Shown here one piece after another: positions 27,454-37,710 of a DNA stretch of 64,000 nucleotides. Under the pieces are notes generated by a model. The model worked only from the letters and a program-made list of their open reading frames with translations, did not search any database and was not told the DNA's origin. Source of the DNA: Thermoplasmata archaeon (GTDB lineage: Archaea; Thermoplasmatota; Thermoplasmata; Lutacidiplasmatales; UBA184); assembly GCA_021816865.1 (NCBI GenBank), contig JAKAWX010000003.1:34681-98680 (forward strand), given 5' to 3'. The translations under genes and the position numbers were made by a program. How positions within the stretch are numbered: position 1 is the first letter of the stretch; each line of letters starts with the position of its first letter.

Positions 27454-28934
27454 AGGCGGCAGTTGAATCTGGGATCCGAGGGGGGTCTCCCCCCTCCCCG
27501 TCGGCCTGCCCGCGACCTCGATGTACTTGGGGCCTTCCTCGCCGGCGAACTCGCGTTGAAGGTAGAACCGGTCGCCCCGGGCCCGCCCTCCGATTCTTTC
27601 CTCTTGAGCCGGTGCAGTCGATCGATCTCGTTCTTCCGTCGCCGACAATCGCCACGGTTCGGGCCTTCGACCCGGCCTCGGAAGCGGCACTTCCTCGCGC
27701 GGTGGTCGCCTCGCGGCGAGCGCCTCGATAACTCGGTCCTGCCTGAGCTCTCCGAGAGCGTCTATCTCGGCCCTGGAGCACCCTCTTTCCGATAGCAGTA
27801 CCCGGAGCAGCGGCCCGTAATCTACGACCCGTTCGCAGAGAGCCAAAACTCGAAGGAACCGATCCGCCGCTTTCGCGTAGGCTTCGCGATCCTGTTCCTC
27901 GGGGTCCGTTCTCAGCCTCGACTTCCCGATGTTGTACCGGCGCGCGATGTCGACCGCATGACCGAGAACGAGTTCGCGAACGTCTCGCGACAGAAGCCCC
28001 GCGTTTTCGGCGGGCATGAGCTGGGAGCCGGCGAAAGAACGAAGGACGTACGGACGCCACCGGACCCTCGCGGGAACGACCTTCTCGAAGGCGAGCCGGA
28101 TCGTGTCGGCGAGTCCGCCCTCGGAAACGAATGCGACACCGTCCTTCGCCCTACGAAGATGAACGGCCGAAGTCTTCGGTTCCGGCGAGAACACCGCGGA
28201 GTCGGGCCCGAGCTTCTCGCCGCGTCGGACCCGCTCTCGGAGGTAGATGCATAGCTCGGTGTCGGCCTCTTCGGTCCCGAAGCTGAAGCATGCGTTACCC
28301 CCTTACTCAGGTCGCTCGGAATCTCTACCTTGAAGGGGAAACGGTCGAAGTGCGGCTCCGGGTCTAGCTTGAGCCCCGGGGGATTCCGGAGACGAGGGCC
28401 ATTCTCCGAGAACCGAGCACCGAGGGCGCCGATTCGGATTCCGCTCGTTGCGAGGAAGGGGCCCAAGGCACGAACCCTCGGTACTGGCGACCGGTCGAGT
28501 ACGGCGCGAAGCTGTTCCGGGGTCGGGACGATCCCGCTGACGAGGGTTTCGGCGGACCGAATCCTGAACTTGGGGGCCCACGCCGGCGCCGCCTCCTCGT
28601 GCTTCAGGAACGAACGGATTGCGGCCCAACTCGCCGCGATGTACGCCTCCGGCCGCCCTGCCTTCCGTTCCGTATCGATCCAAGTGATCACGGCGTCCTC
28701 GAACTCCCGGGGCTTATGGGATGACTGGTCCCGGCCGAGCTCCAGGAGTTCTCCGACGTCCAAGCTGGCCCGACGGAGGAACAGTTCGAGTTGAGAGAAC
28801 TGGGTGTGCGCGGTGCGTTCCGAACGCCTAGACTTAAACCACCGTTTGACTCGGGGGTCCGCTAGGAGGACCTCCTTGCGCTCGGCTACCGAACCCGGTG
28901 CACGCGTCAATTGAGGGTAGAGTGTCCCGACCAT
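27280..28934 (-). pseudogene. Tyrosine recombinase/integrase, split by a 1-nt frameshift in a homopolymer
   Basis: The N-terminal part (from ATG 28934) runs ...ATSGIRIGAL...IPSDLSKG. The C-terminal part, in the -1 frame, runs GNACFSFG...RPYVLRSF...LVLGHAVDIARRY. The frames switch at the C5 run at 28298-28302. The 3' end is uncertain. Confidence 0.75.
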
Positions 28935-28957
28935 ACGCAGTATTGTGGAGCACGAAC

Positions 28958-29032
28958 GGGCCCATAGCTTAGTTTGGCTGGAGCACCCGGCTGATAACCG
29001 GGAGGTCGTCGGTTCAAATCCGACTGGGCCCA
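28958..29032 (+). tRNA. tRNA-Ile (anticodon GAU)
   Basis: Cloverleaf folded by hand: acceptor gggccca/tgggccc; D arm gctt..gagc; anticodon stem cccgg/ccggg with loop ctGATaa; variable loop aggtc; T arm gtcgg-ttcaaat-ccgac; discriminator A. No CCA is encoded. Confidence 0.9.
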
Positions 29033-30321
29033 TCTCACGTCATCCTGTTCTCACGGCTCCTTCGACTCCCGTTGCCGTGGACGTTCGGTTGCGTCGGCGA
29101 GGGACGAGTAAGGAACGGGGTTCGCTCGGTCGACCCTGCCTTTAGACCACACCAGCTACTTCCGGCCGTGACCATCGGTTCCGATCCCTCCCCGAGCGAT
29201 GATCACACGCACCCGATCCCCAACGGGGCGAAGAGATGCCCGAGGTCGCCGGGGTGCGTACGGTCGTCCCCGGGGTCCGGGCTGGTGGGGTCCTAGCTCG
29301 AGGACATCAAGTCTTACTCCGGCCACCGAGACACCCCCGCTACGGCGCGGGCCGGTCGAGCCGTTCTCGGTGCCGCCAGCGTTTCGTCCCACCCTTTCGA
29401 CGAGAAAGTGCGACCGGGTCCCGTCGTCGGTCGCACCGGCCGGACGGTTGGCGGCCTCGGGAGAGTGGGCCAATCCGGATTCCCCCCGTACTTTCGGGTG
29501 CGCTCGTCTGCGCACGCTCCGTGGGACATCGTCGCCTATTGCCAAGGCAGAAGACTGCCGCTGAGGGGGGCGACAAGTACGATCTTGGCCACCGCACTGG
29601 GTGCCCCCTCGACCCCGATGGACGTCAGAGGGGACGACGGGCGTATCTTGGCGACCGCCTCGAACCGGCCGTCCGTGGCGTGGGTCGTTGGTCTAGAGCC
29701 GGGATCTTTGGACAGGGAGGAACGGTCCAGCGGGGCCGTTGCGACGCTCGAATAGCGGGCGGTGCTCGGGACCGGGCTCCCGTATTTCGCGAGTCGACGG
29801 CGGGCTCCGCGGAGGACGGAACCACGACAAACCGCCGAGATCTTCTCCGCGCCGTACGCTCTGTGTCCGGGTCATTCGAGTCCCGACGGAAGGTTGAGCG
29901 AGCTCGTGTCGCCGTGCGGGGAACGGGGGGGCGTGGGAGGACCCTCTCGGCACGAAAAGCCGGCCGGGCTCGTCAAGTTACGTACGAACGGTCCGGGAAG
30001 GCGAAGGCCCTCCGGACGCGGGTCCCGCGTGGTTCGAATGGCGAAGCACGCGGGTTCCTCCGTGAAGGCGGCTCGCGGTCGGTCTGCGTTCGACGAACCC
30101 CGACCGTGCAGAACTCCTGCTGCGCGAAACGGCTCGGCCGCCGTCAAGACCTTCCGAGCCGTCGGAAGGCACTCTGTTTCTCCGACTCCTCAAGCACGCT
30201 CGTGAGCTCGAGCGAGTTTAGTTCGTCGGCGCAATCAGTAACCTTACCCCACGGCGCCTGATCGGGGTCGGAGCCGAGCCTGTGACGTCGGAGGCCACTC
30301 TTTACCGTAGTCGACCGAACC

Positions 30322-30711
30322 TCAAGCAGGCGGGACAAAGAATTCGATCCAGATCCCGTTGGGGTCCTGAATGTAAGCCCAGCGGTGTGCAGGGTCTTTC
30401 AACTCAAGATGAGCCGGGTATCCTGCCTTCGTCACCTCGGCAAGTACCGCGTCCAAGTCCTTCACCTCGAATCCGAGGTGGTCGAGCCCCTCACCAACCT
30501 CATACTTTGTATCGAACCGGTTCCCCGGGGGGTAGTAGTTCAGCTCGAGTAGGTGTCCGCTGCTCCCCAAGGCAAGGAGCACGACCTCCCCTCGCGTGGT
30601 GGCTTGCGTGAACCGATCCACTTCTTTCATGCCCAGGACACTCGTGTAGAACTTGACCGACGCTTCCAAGTCCTTCACTCGAATGCCCGTGTACCCGAAC
30701 GCAGCTTGCAT
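30322..30711 (-). CDS. Glyoxalase/VOC family protein (lactoylglutathione lyase-like)
   Basis: GIRVKDLEASVKFYTSVLGM...HLGFEV..., a paired beta-alpha-beta-beta-beta pattern. The ATG at 30711 lies about 34 nt from cttata (30743-30748). Confidence 0.8.
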   Translation of the reverse strand: MQAAFGYTGIRVKDLEASVKFYTSVLGMKEVDRFTQATTRGEVVLLALGSSGHLLELNYYPPGNRFDTKYEVGEGLDHLGFEVKDLDAVLAEVTKAGYPAHLELKDPAHRWAYIQDPNGIWIEFFVPPA

Positions 30712-31220
30712 CTGTCCGCCCCGGCCCGGATTCGCGTTGGGGTATAAGTTTCCCAACTAAGTCAAAGATCGGTGTTCAGGTGGCCTCGTAGACAACGGAC
30801 GCCTTAATCGAACCGACATCCCGAGCTGTCTTCGATAGGACTGGCGATGCGTTCCAGTGACGCAAGGTCGTGTGGGTGAATCGTGGGTGACAACTCCCGC
30901 TCCCGTGGAACGGCCCCTGGGCGAATCACTCCCGCATCGCTCGACCCCCTTGATGCGGTCGTGCGGTCGGCGAGGAGTGTGCCCGATCGCCGACCGTGGA
31001 CTCGAAGCACCGACCTGGTCGATCCCAGGCTCCGAAGAGTTGGCTCCACGCTCCGAAGGCGGTTGCCGGCGGCGAAGCCTCCCGAAGGGTTGGAGGCTCG
31101 GCTCGTGCAAAGGTAGATAGCCCGGAGTCCCATCGTCAAAAAAAGCGGGGTGGCGGGGGCCCGGACGGTCAGCGAGAACGACAGTTTCGCGGACCGCCGA
31201 TACTCCCGAACGAGGGGCAA

Positions 31221-32096
31221 ATGCCAAGGGAAGTCCTTGTGGTCGGTGCGACCGGAACTCTGGGCGGGATGATCTCACGGCGGCTGCTGGACCAACGACG
31301 AGCGGTCCGGATACTGGCCCGGGGTGGTTCGGCCTACCAGCCCCTCGAGGACGCAGGGGCAGAGGTCGCGAAAGGCGACCTGAAGCAGCGGTCCTCGCTC
31401 GACGAGGCTTGCAAGGGCGTCTCCACCGTTGTCACCACCGCCAACTCGGCCCTGAGGGGCCCGCCCGATACGGTTGAGTCGGTCGACCTCGCCGGCAATC
31501 GGAACCTCATCGACGCGGCGAGAGGCGCCGGAGTTCGGCAATTCGTTTTTGTCTCGGCACTCGGCGCGGACCCGCAAAGCCCCGTGCCGTTTATGCAAGC
31601 GAAAGCTCGCACCGAGGCATACCTAAAGGAATCCGGCATCCCCTATACCATTGTCTCGCCGAATCTCTACATGGAGGTCTGGATCGGGATGGTGGTCAGT
31701 GCGGCCCTGCAAGCCGGCCGCGCGGTCACGCTCGTCGGGGAGGGCCGCCGAAGACATTCCTTCATTTCGATGCAGGATGTGGCGAAGTTCGTCACGGCTT
31801 CGATCGATAACCCGGCCGCGATGAACCGGCAGCTGGTGCTCGGCGGGCCCCAGGCCGTCTCGTGGCGGGAGATCCTCGCAACCTTCGAGCGGGTACGGGG
31901 CGCTCGGGTCACCTCCCATTGGGTCGCGCCGGGCACCGAGATCGCTGGCCTGCCTCCGGTGATGGTCGCGATGCTGGGGACGCTCGAGACCTACGACTCC
32001 CCTGTGGAGTCCGACAAGCTCGCGAAGGAGTACGCCGTTTCCCTCACTTCCGTGGAGCAGTTCGCGCGGTCGGCCGCACCGCCGGGCGGGAAGTAG
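31221..32096 (+). CDS. NmrA-like / atypical SDR NAD(P)-binding protein
   Basis: VLVVGATGTLGGMISRRLL Rossmann motif. 291 aa from the ATG at 31221. Confidence 0.8.
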   Translation: MPREVLVVGATGTLGGMISRRLLDQRRAVRILARGGSAYQPLEDAGAEVAKGDLKQRSSLDEACKGVSTVVTTANSALRGPPDTVESVDLAGNRNLIDAARGAGVRQFVFVSALGADPQSPVPFMQAKARTEAYLKESGIPYTIVSPNLYMEVWIGMVVSAALQAGRAVTLVGEGRRRHSFISMQDVAKFVTASIDNPAAMNRQLVLGGPQAVSWREILATFERVRGARVTSHWVAPGTEIAGLPPVMVAMLGTLETYDSPVESDKLAKEYAVSLTSVEQFARSAAPPGGK

Positions 32097-32531
32097 CCGC
32101 CACGATCTCGGGACCGGGGAAAGGGGGCGCTGGCGGTCGGACCGCCCCGGCGACATTACGAGAGATGGGGGACGGCGGCATCCGACACGGACTCGGTCGT
32201 TCGTTCGCCGGCCAAGTCGGGCGGTGCGCGCCGCCGCTCGAGCAACTCTCGAGCTCGTGCGGAGGCGGGGCCGGTTCTTTTCTGTCGATAAGAGCGGTCC
32301 CTACTCCGTTCCCGCCCCCTTCCCGTGGGGGGCGAGAGCCCGCAAACGGGCCGGGGGTCAAGGACCATGAACGGTCGAACTCGCCAGGGTTTCCGATGGA
32401 TACCCAGATTCGTACGGCGCGACCCTCATGGAAGCGGCAGACGCACTCGTCCGGCTTCTCGGTCGGTCGTCCGGGGGCTTCGCCGGAGGGACCCGTTACG
32501 GTACGGCGGCAGGTTTATCCGCGGTACGACG

Positions 32532-33608
32532 ATGCCGGAAGAGGTACTGTGGGTTGATCCCTTGATCGGGACCCATCGACGCCGTAGCCGTTGCGCCCGT
32601 ATCCTGCCGGTGGCCATCGTGGTGCTGGCGATCGTGTCGACCATCGGCTGGGCCGCCATCACGCGCCCGAGCCAAGGGCTGGCGGCCAGTGATCGAGCAC
32701 CGCTCCTCTCCGGCCTTTCGACGGGAGTCCCCGCCCGGATCACCAGCTGTTCGGTGGGAGGAAGTCCCAGCCAGGTCGCGTACGACCCCTTGAACCATTA
32801 CCTCTACGTCGCGGCCGGGAGCTCGATTTCGATCGTCTCGAGTCCCTGCCACGTGGTCGCGACTATCTTCGGTGTCGGCACGGACTTTGATGGCGTCGGG
32901 TACGACCCTCACACGAAGTCGGTGCTCGTCTCCGAGTACAATTCGGGCCAGCTCTTCGTGGTCTCCGGAACCTCGGTGGTCGGCTCGTTCGGGGGGAGTT
33001 TCTGTTCCCCGGGTCCGATGGCCTGGGATTCTGCCGCCGATGCGATGCTCGTGGTCGATTATTGTGGAGAGATCGATGAGGTCTTCGGCACGTTCCCCTC
33101 TGCGACCACCTCGTTCGGGGAATGCGCTCCCGTCGCCATCGCGGTGGCCGCGTCGTACGTGTGGGTCTCGGACGATTGCGGCGCCCCGTACTCGGTCGAT
33201 GTGTTCAACGCCTCAACCTTCCTCGGGGTCGGCGCGTTCTCCCTTCCGACGGCACCGTCAGGATTGGGTTGGGACCCGGTGAACCACACGGTCCTGGTCG
33301 GCAGCCTGTTCACGCATCTGATGTACGTCCTTTACCCCGCGACGGTGGCGACGCATGGCTTCCAGAACACCACTTTTCCCCTCGGGACCTTGCTGGGAAC
33401 GGGCGGTGTGACCTACTCTCCGTCCTCGCACTTCATGTACGTGACGGGGCGGATCGGAAACTACCTGTGGACCGTTTCCGCCTCGGGGATCGTTCGCCAC
33501 GTTGAGCTGGGGTCCGGCGCCGACGGCACGCTGATGGTCTACGACCCGTCCAACCACTACGTCTACATCTGCGGTTCGGGTACCGGCCGGCTCTACGTCG
33601 TGTCTTGA
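32532..33608 (+). CDS. Membrane-anchored beta-propeller repeat protein (YVTN-like repeats)
   Basis: N-terminal TM segment ILPVAIVVLAIVSTIGWAAI. Repeated motifs VAYDPLNHYLYVA, VGYDPHTKSVLVS, LGWDPVNHTVLVG, VTYSPSSHFMYVT, MVYDPSNHYVYIC. Confidence 0.7.
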   Translation: MPEEVLWVDPLIGTHRRRSRCARILPVAIVVLAIVSTIGWAAITRPSQGLAASDRAPLLSGLSTGVPARITSCSVGGSPSQVAYDPLNHYLYVAAGSSISIVSSPCHVVATIFGVGTDFDGVGYDPHTKSVLVSEYNSGQLFVVSGTSVVGSFGGSFCSPGPMAWDSAADAMLVVDYCGEIDEVFGTFPSATTSFGECAPVAIAVAASYVWVSDDCGAPYSVDVFNASTFLGVGAFSLPTAPSGLGWDPVNHTVLVGSLFTHLMYVLYPATVATHGFQNTTFPLGTLLGTGGVTYSPSSHFMYVTGRIGNYLWTVSASGIVRHVELGSGADGTLMVYDPSNHYVYICGSGTGRLYVVS

Positions 33609-34019
33609 CCCGCGGAGCAGTCTCCGATCCGGCGATCCGGGTCACGAAGCTCACCGTTCGCGGTGAGGCCGAACGAGGATCGGGCCGTCCCCGTTCCGAG
33701 CGCCGCGCAGCTCGAAGCTCCGTGCCGGTCGCGGCCGGACGGCGCCGGCGCTCCCGCGGCCTCGGCCCAAGCATTGGACCGGGAAGGCTTCCGGGTCGCG
33801 GCTCGCTCGACGTCGACGGGCGTCCGCCGACCCCTTCCGGGTGGGCCGGCTCCTGAGCCCGACGGCTCCCGCTCGGCCCGGATCCCGTACGGTGCCGGTT
33901 CGGCCGGCTCGCGGGCCCAACTCCGAGGACCCGCGCGCGGTCGAACACGGCGCTTAAGTCGGGAATACCGTTAGCGCTTCGAGGGGGTCGAAACGGAGGG
34001 GTCCGCGGGGGGCGACGGT

Positions 34020-35651
34020 GTGCCCCGAGGACCGCGGGCTCCTCCCCCGGAGCTCGCGGAACTTCCCCCTCGCGGTCTCACGTGGGTCTACGCGAGCAGT
34101 ACGGTGTTCTTCGTCACCGGCGGTATCTTCTATCTCTATCTCGCGCACGTCCTCGCCCCCGACGATCTCGGTACGGTCGTCGTCCTATCGGCCGTGGCCC
34201 TGATCGCCAGCACGGCGGCGGTCCTCGGCCTGGGGGCCGGCTTTCAGCATTTCCTTGCGTTCTACCTGGGGCGGGGGGACGGCGACCGCCTGCGGAACCT
34301 CGTATCGTCCGCTCTGGCGACGGCCGCCGTCCTCGCGGTCGTCGCTGCGGTCGCGGTCGCCTCGGCCTCTTGGCCCCTGAGCGTCTTCTTCTTCCACACG
34401 CCCCGGTTCGCGCTGACGATCGAGCTCCTCGGATTGTACTCGGGTCTCGCGACCGCCGCTACGATCCTGCAATCGGTGCTGCTGGGGCTCCAGCGGTTCG
34501 CCGTGTACGCGCGCGTGTACATGGCGGCCAGCATCGCAACGTACGGGCTCCCGGTCCTCCTCCTCCAGTTCGTCCCGGGCGTGGTGACGATCGTGGTCGG
34601 CTGGACGGCGGGCTCGGCGATCGGCCTCCTGCTTTGCTTGGTCGCCGTCCTTCGAGGCACCCGCCCGCTCGCTCCCCTGATGCTGGGAAGAGGCGCCCGA
34701 CTCGGGGGGGCACCGATCTCCCGCAGCCTGCTCCTCTACTCGATCCCGATCTTCGCGTCGTCCTTGATCGGCACCTCGGCGTCCTATGTGGACCGGCTGG
34801 TCCTTGCTTCGCTGACCGCGCTCTCGACCGTCGGGGTCTACAACTACGCGATCCTGATGACGACAGGAAGCATGTTCCTCGTGGGCCCGGTCGCGACCGT
34901 GCTCGTCCCGCGGATCTCGGCCATGTTCGGCCGGAGCGACCTCGACGCGATCCGCGCGGCGGGACGGACCTCGATCACCCTCGTCGTGCTGGTCTTCGTA
35001 CCGTTCGCCCTCGGACTCGCAGCGGTCGGACCGTTCGTACTCCGTCTCCTGCTCGGCAGCACGTTCGTGTCGGCGAGCGTACCGCTCGCGATGCTCCTGG
35101 TGATCAGCGCGGCCTCGATCCCGTACGTGATCCTCGTCGCCTTGGCGTCGGGGATACGGCGCACGGGCCTCCTCCTCGAGGCCTCCGCCCTCGCGCTGCT
35201 TGCGAACGTAGGCCTATCGGTGGGACTCGTACCTTCGGCCGGGATGATAGGCGCTGCCGTCGGCAATTCGGCGATGTATTGGGTTGCCCTCCTGACGGTC
35301 TACTTCGGACTGCGCGGTACCGACCTCGTGCGGTTCGACACCGCATCGATCGCCCGCATCTGGTTGGCGAGTCTTGCGATGTTCGTCACGGTTGCCCTCC
35401 CGTTGGCCCTCCTCGGGTACCGTGCGGCCTTCGTGGTGGGGTTCATCGCGGTCGGAGTCGTCGTTCTGCTGGTCTCCCTGCGCCTGGTCCGCGCCGTCCC
35501 CGCGGACGCTGTCACCGCGTTGGTCGCGCAACTCCCGAAGTGGGCGGCTTTCGTCTGCCCGCTCGTCTGCTGGGTGGCCGGATGCCACGATTGCGACCAC
35601 CCTGCCGAACTTTCGGGGGCACCGACCCGCGGCGATGCCGAAGCGAAGTGA
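34020..35651 (+). CDS. Polysaccharide/oligosaccharide flippase (Wzx/MOP superfamily)
   Basis: About 12-14 hydrophobic segments, with the family-like central motif region YSIPIFASSLIGTSASYVDRLVL. The start (GTG 34020) is uncertain. Confidence 0.7.
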   Translation: MPRGPRAPPPELAELPPRGLTWVYASSTVFFVTGGIFYLYLAHVLAPDDLGTVVVLSAVALIASTAAVLGLGAGFQHFLAFYLGRGDGDRLRNLVSSALATAAVLAVVAAVAVASASWPLSVFFFHTPRFALTIELLGLYSGLATAATILQSVLLGLQRFAVYARVYMAASIATYGLPVLLLQFVPGVVTIVVGWTAGSAIGLLLCLVAVLRGTRPLAPLMLGRGARLGGAPISRSLLLYSIPIFASSLIGTSASYVDRLVLASLTALSTVGVYNYAILMTTGSMFLVGPVATVLVPRISAMFGRSDLDAIRAAGRTSITLVVLVFVPFALGLAAVGPFVLRLLLGSTFVSASVPLAMLLVISAASIPYVILVALASGIRRTGLLLEASALALLANVGLSVGLVPSAGMIGAAVGNSAMYWVALLTVYFGLRGTDLVRFDTASIARIWLASLAMFVTVALPLALLGYRAAFVVGFIAVGVVVLLVSLRLVRAVPADAVTALVAQLPKWAAFVCPLVCWVAGCHDCDHPAELSGAPTRGDAEAK

Positions 35652-36218
35652 ATCGCGGCCACCGGGGGACCACCCGCCGGCAAGTGCGCCTCCATATCTC
35701 GCCGGCCTGCCGAGGCCACTCGTACGTGGAACGGGCTGGACGCGGCGACACCGGGCCTAGGTCGACGGAACCGAGCCGGTCGGCGATGGGTTGCCCGGGC
35801 AGAACGATCGCCCGGCCCGCCGGCGTGCCGTGGGGCCCATCGCTTGCGGCTCGAGGGGTCAACCGCCCCGTAGCCGCAACCGTGGAGCGAGTCGGTAGCG
35901 CGGCAGACTTGGCGGGGACCCGAACCGCGAGACCCGCCGACCGGTAGGGGCGAGCCGCCCCGGACCGGCACGACCCGCCCCACCGATCTGGGCACCAAGC
36001 CGGGAGGCGCGGAAGGCTCGGATCGCGTCGCCGTTCCGGACCTTGCCTCTTTCGGCCACCGCCGCCTCAGCCGGAACCGCGGGAAAATCCCTCGGCCAGG
36101 ACCCCCCGTCCGAGGTCCCCGGGGCGCCCCGACCCGGACCGCGGACGGGCCGCCGCGACCGTGCGGACCGGGACCGCGTGGACGTCTCGCGTCGCCCACG
36201 GACGGAGCCGACCCGGGT

Positions 36219-36653
36219 CTAGCCGAGGCCGATCTGTTTCATCAGGCCGACCAGGTCGTAGAAGAGCCGCTCCTCGGTGATCTCTCCCCGCTCGTTCCAG
36301 CTCGCGACCGTGCAGAACTCGACGTGGAAGCTCTTCTGGGTGGGAGAGATCACCTTCCCCCCGACGGTCATCGGACCCTTCATCGTCCCGTAGAAGTCGG
36401 CGACCGAACAGGTGTGATTCCCCTCGGCGAAGAGGATCTTGTACGGACGATTGATGAGATGGTTGTCCGGGAAGGTCTTGAAGAACTCCTGGGCCTCGGT
36501 CTCGTGGTCGTGGCGCCCCCGGGTCGGATCGGGCTGCCCGGGCCAGTAGACCGCCGTGTCCTCCGAGTGCCGTCGGCGGAAGACCGCCCAGTCCTGCGCG
36601 TTCCAGGCGTCGTCCAGCGTCTGCATGAGCTCGAGGAGCTCCTCCGTTTTCAT
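36219..36653 (-). CDS. SnoaL-like / NTF2-fold (ester cyclase-like) protein
   Basis: MKTEELLELMQTLDDAWNAQDWAVFRRRHSEDTAVYWPG... 144 aa from the ATG at 36653. Confidence 0.65.
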   Translation of the reverse strand: MKTEELLELMQTLDDAWNAQDWAVFRRRHSEDTAVYWPGQPDPTRGRHDHETEAQEFFKTFPDNHLINRPYKILFAEGNHTCSVADFYGTMKGPMTVGGKVISPTQKSFHVEFCTVASWNERGEITEERLFYDLVGLMKQIGLG

Positions 36654-36753
36654 GCCACACCCCGTCGACCCCACGGCGAGGGAGTCTATCCGTATTCGTA
36701 CGCGAGACGCGGGAGCGCCGGGCCGTGTTGACGCTCCTAAGTAGGGGGGGAGA

Positions 36754-37710
36754 GTGCCTTTGGCCGTGACCTCCGTCTCCGTGGTCGTCACCGCCTACCG
36801 GCGCACCCAATACCTTGAGGGGGCGATCCGCACCGCCCTCGAGCAGACCTCCCCCCCCGAGGAGGTAGTGGTCGTCGAGGACAATCCCCCGTACCGTCCC
36901 CCCTCGACCGCAACGGTCGGGTCCACGAGCGTGCGACGGTTCAACCTCTCGCTGCCGAACGTCGGAGAGTCGCTTGCTTTCGGGATCGACCACGCGACCG
37001 GCGACGCCGTCTGCTTTCTGGACGACGACGACCGGTTCGAGCCCGACAAGGTCGCGCGCGCGCGACGCGTCTTCTCCGATCACCCGTCGGTCGTCTTCTT
37101 CCGGCACGCGGTGAGCTACATCGACGGGGCCGACCGCCCGATCCCGCCCCCGCACTTTCCCCAAAGGCCGTTCCCGACCGGTGAAGTGGCGCCGTCCCTG
37201 AGCGCCCTCTCCCGGGCGCAGATGTCGTCGCACGTCTCCTCGATGTCGATCCGTCGGAGCGCGTATGCGGGACAGGCCGAACTGTTGCGTCCGATCCGGG
37301 CGGCCCCGGACCACGCCCTCTACTGGCTCTCGCAGCTTCCCCGAACCCGGACCGTCTGGTACGCCCCGGAGCCGCTCGTCCGGTACCGTCGCCACCCCGG
37401 CAACATGTCCGCGCACCCGGACGAGGTCGTCCGGTACGCCGAGGCCGCCCGCTACATGCTCGAGCGTTCGCACGGGGCGCCCAGCGCGGAACGGTTCGTC
37501 CGAGGGTTCGACCGCTCGATGCGACTTCGCCTCGCCCAAGTCACGGGCCGCCGACCGACCGCTCGCGATGTGACGGCGCAGCTCTGGGATGCCCTCGTTC
37601 GCCTCTCCCCGTTCCACCTTCGCCAGTGGGCGGTGGGCCTGAGGGAGTCGATTCGACCGGGGCGTCGCGGAGCCGCTAGGTCGGCACCGGCGCCGGGCAG
37701 TACGCCTTGA
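36754..37710 (+). CDS. Family 2 glycosyltransferase
   Basis: VSVVVTAYRRTQYLEGAIRTALEQT and FLDDDDRFEPDK (DxD motif). Confidence 0.8.
   Translation: MPLAVTSVSVVVTAYRRTQYLEGAIRTALEQTSPPEEVVVVEDNPPYRPPSTATVGSTSVRRFNLSLPNVGESLAFGIDHATGDAVCFLDDDDRFEPDKVARARRVFSDHPSVVFFRHAVSYIDGADRPIPPPHFPQRPFPTGEVAPSLSALSRAQMSSHVSSMSIRRSAYAGQAELLRPIRAAPDHALYWLSQLPRTRTVWYAPEPLVRYRRHPGNMSAHPDEVVRYAEAARYMLERSHGAPSAERFVRGFDRSMRLRLAQVTGRRPTARDVTAQLWDALVRLSPFHLRQWAVGLRESIRPGRRGAARSAPAPGSTP

Larger units (their letters stand above)
25591..29032. mobile_element. Candidate cryptic integrated element bounded by a tRNA-Ile 5' fragment and the intact tRNA-Ile
   Basis: Direct repeats at 25591 and 28958. A tyrosine integrase gene starts 24 nt from the tRNA. 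The cargo consists of small orphan genes, and an AT-rich promoter island lies at about 26300. Confidence 0.4.

Noticed and set aside
28935-29033. N-terminal 33 aa of ORF 27912-29033 (MGPVGFEPTTSRLSAGC...)
   Set aside because: This segment is the reverse-strand translation of the tRNA-Ile gene. The integrase more plausibly starts at the ATG at 28934.
30031-30039. ggttcgaat (T-loop consensus) as a possible tRNA fragment or att repeat 3' of tRNA-Ile
   Set aside because: The flanks do not match the tRNA-Ile T-stem or acceptor (ggcgaag versus ccgactg), and no cloverleaf can be drawn.
35832-35840. 9-mer gggcccatc identical to the 3' end of tRNA-Ile plus flank, as a possible right-hand att site
   Set aside because: An exact 9-mer is expected by chance about once in a window of this size, and the flanks diverge immediately.
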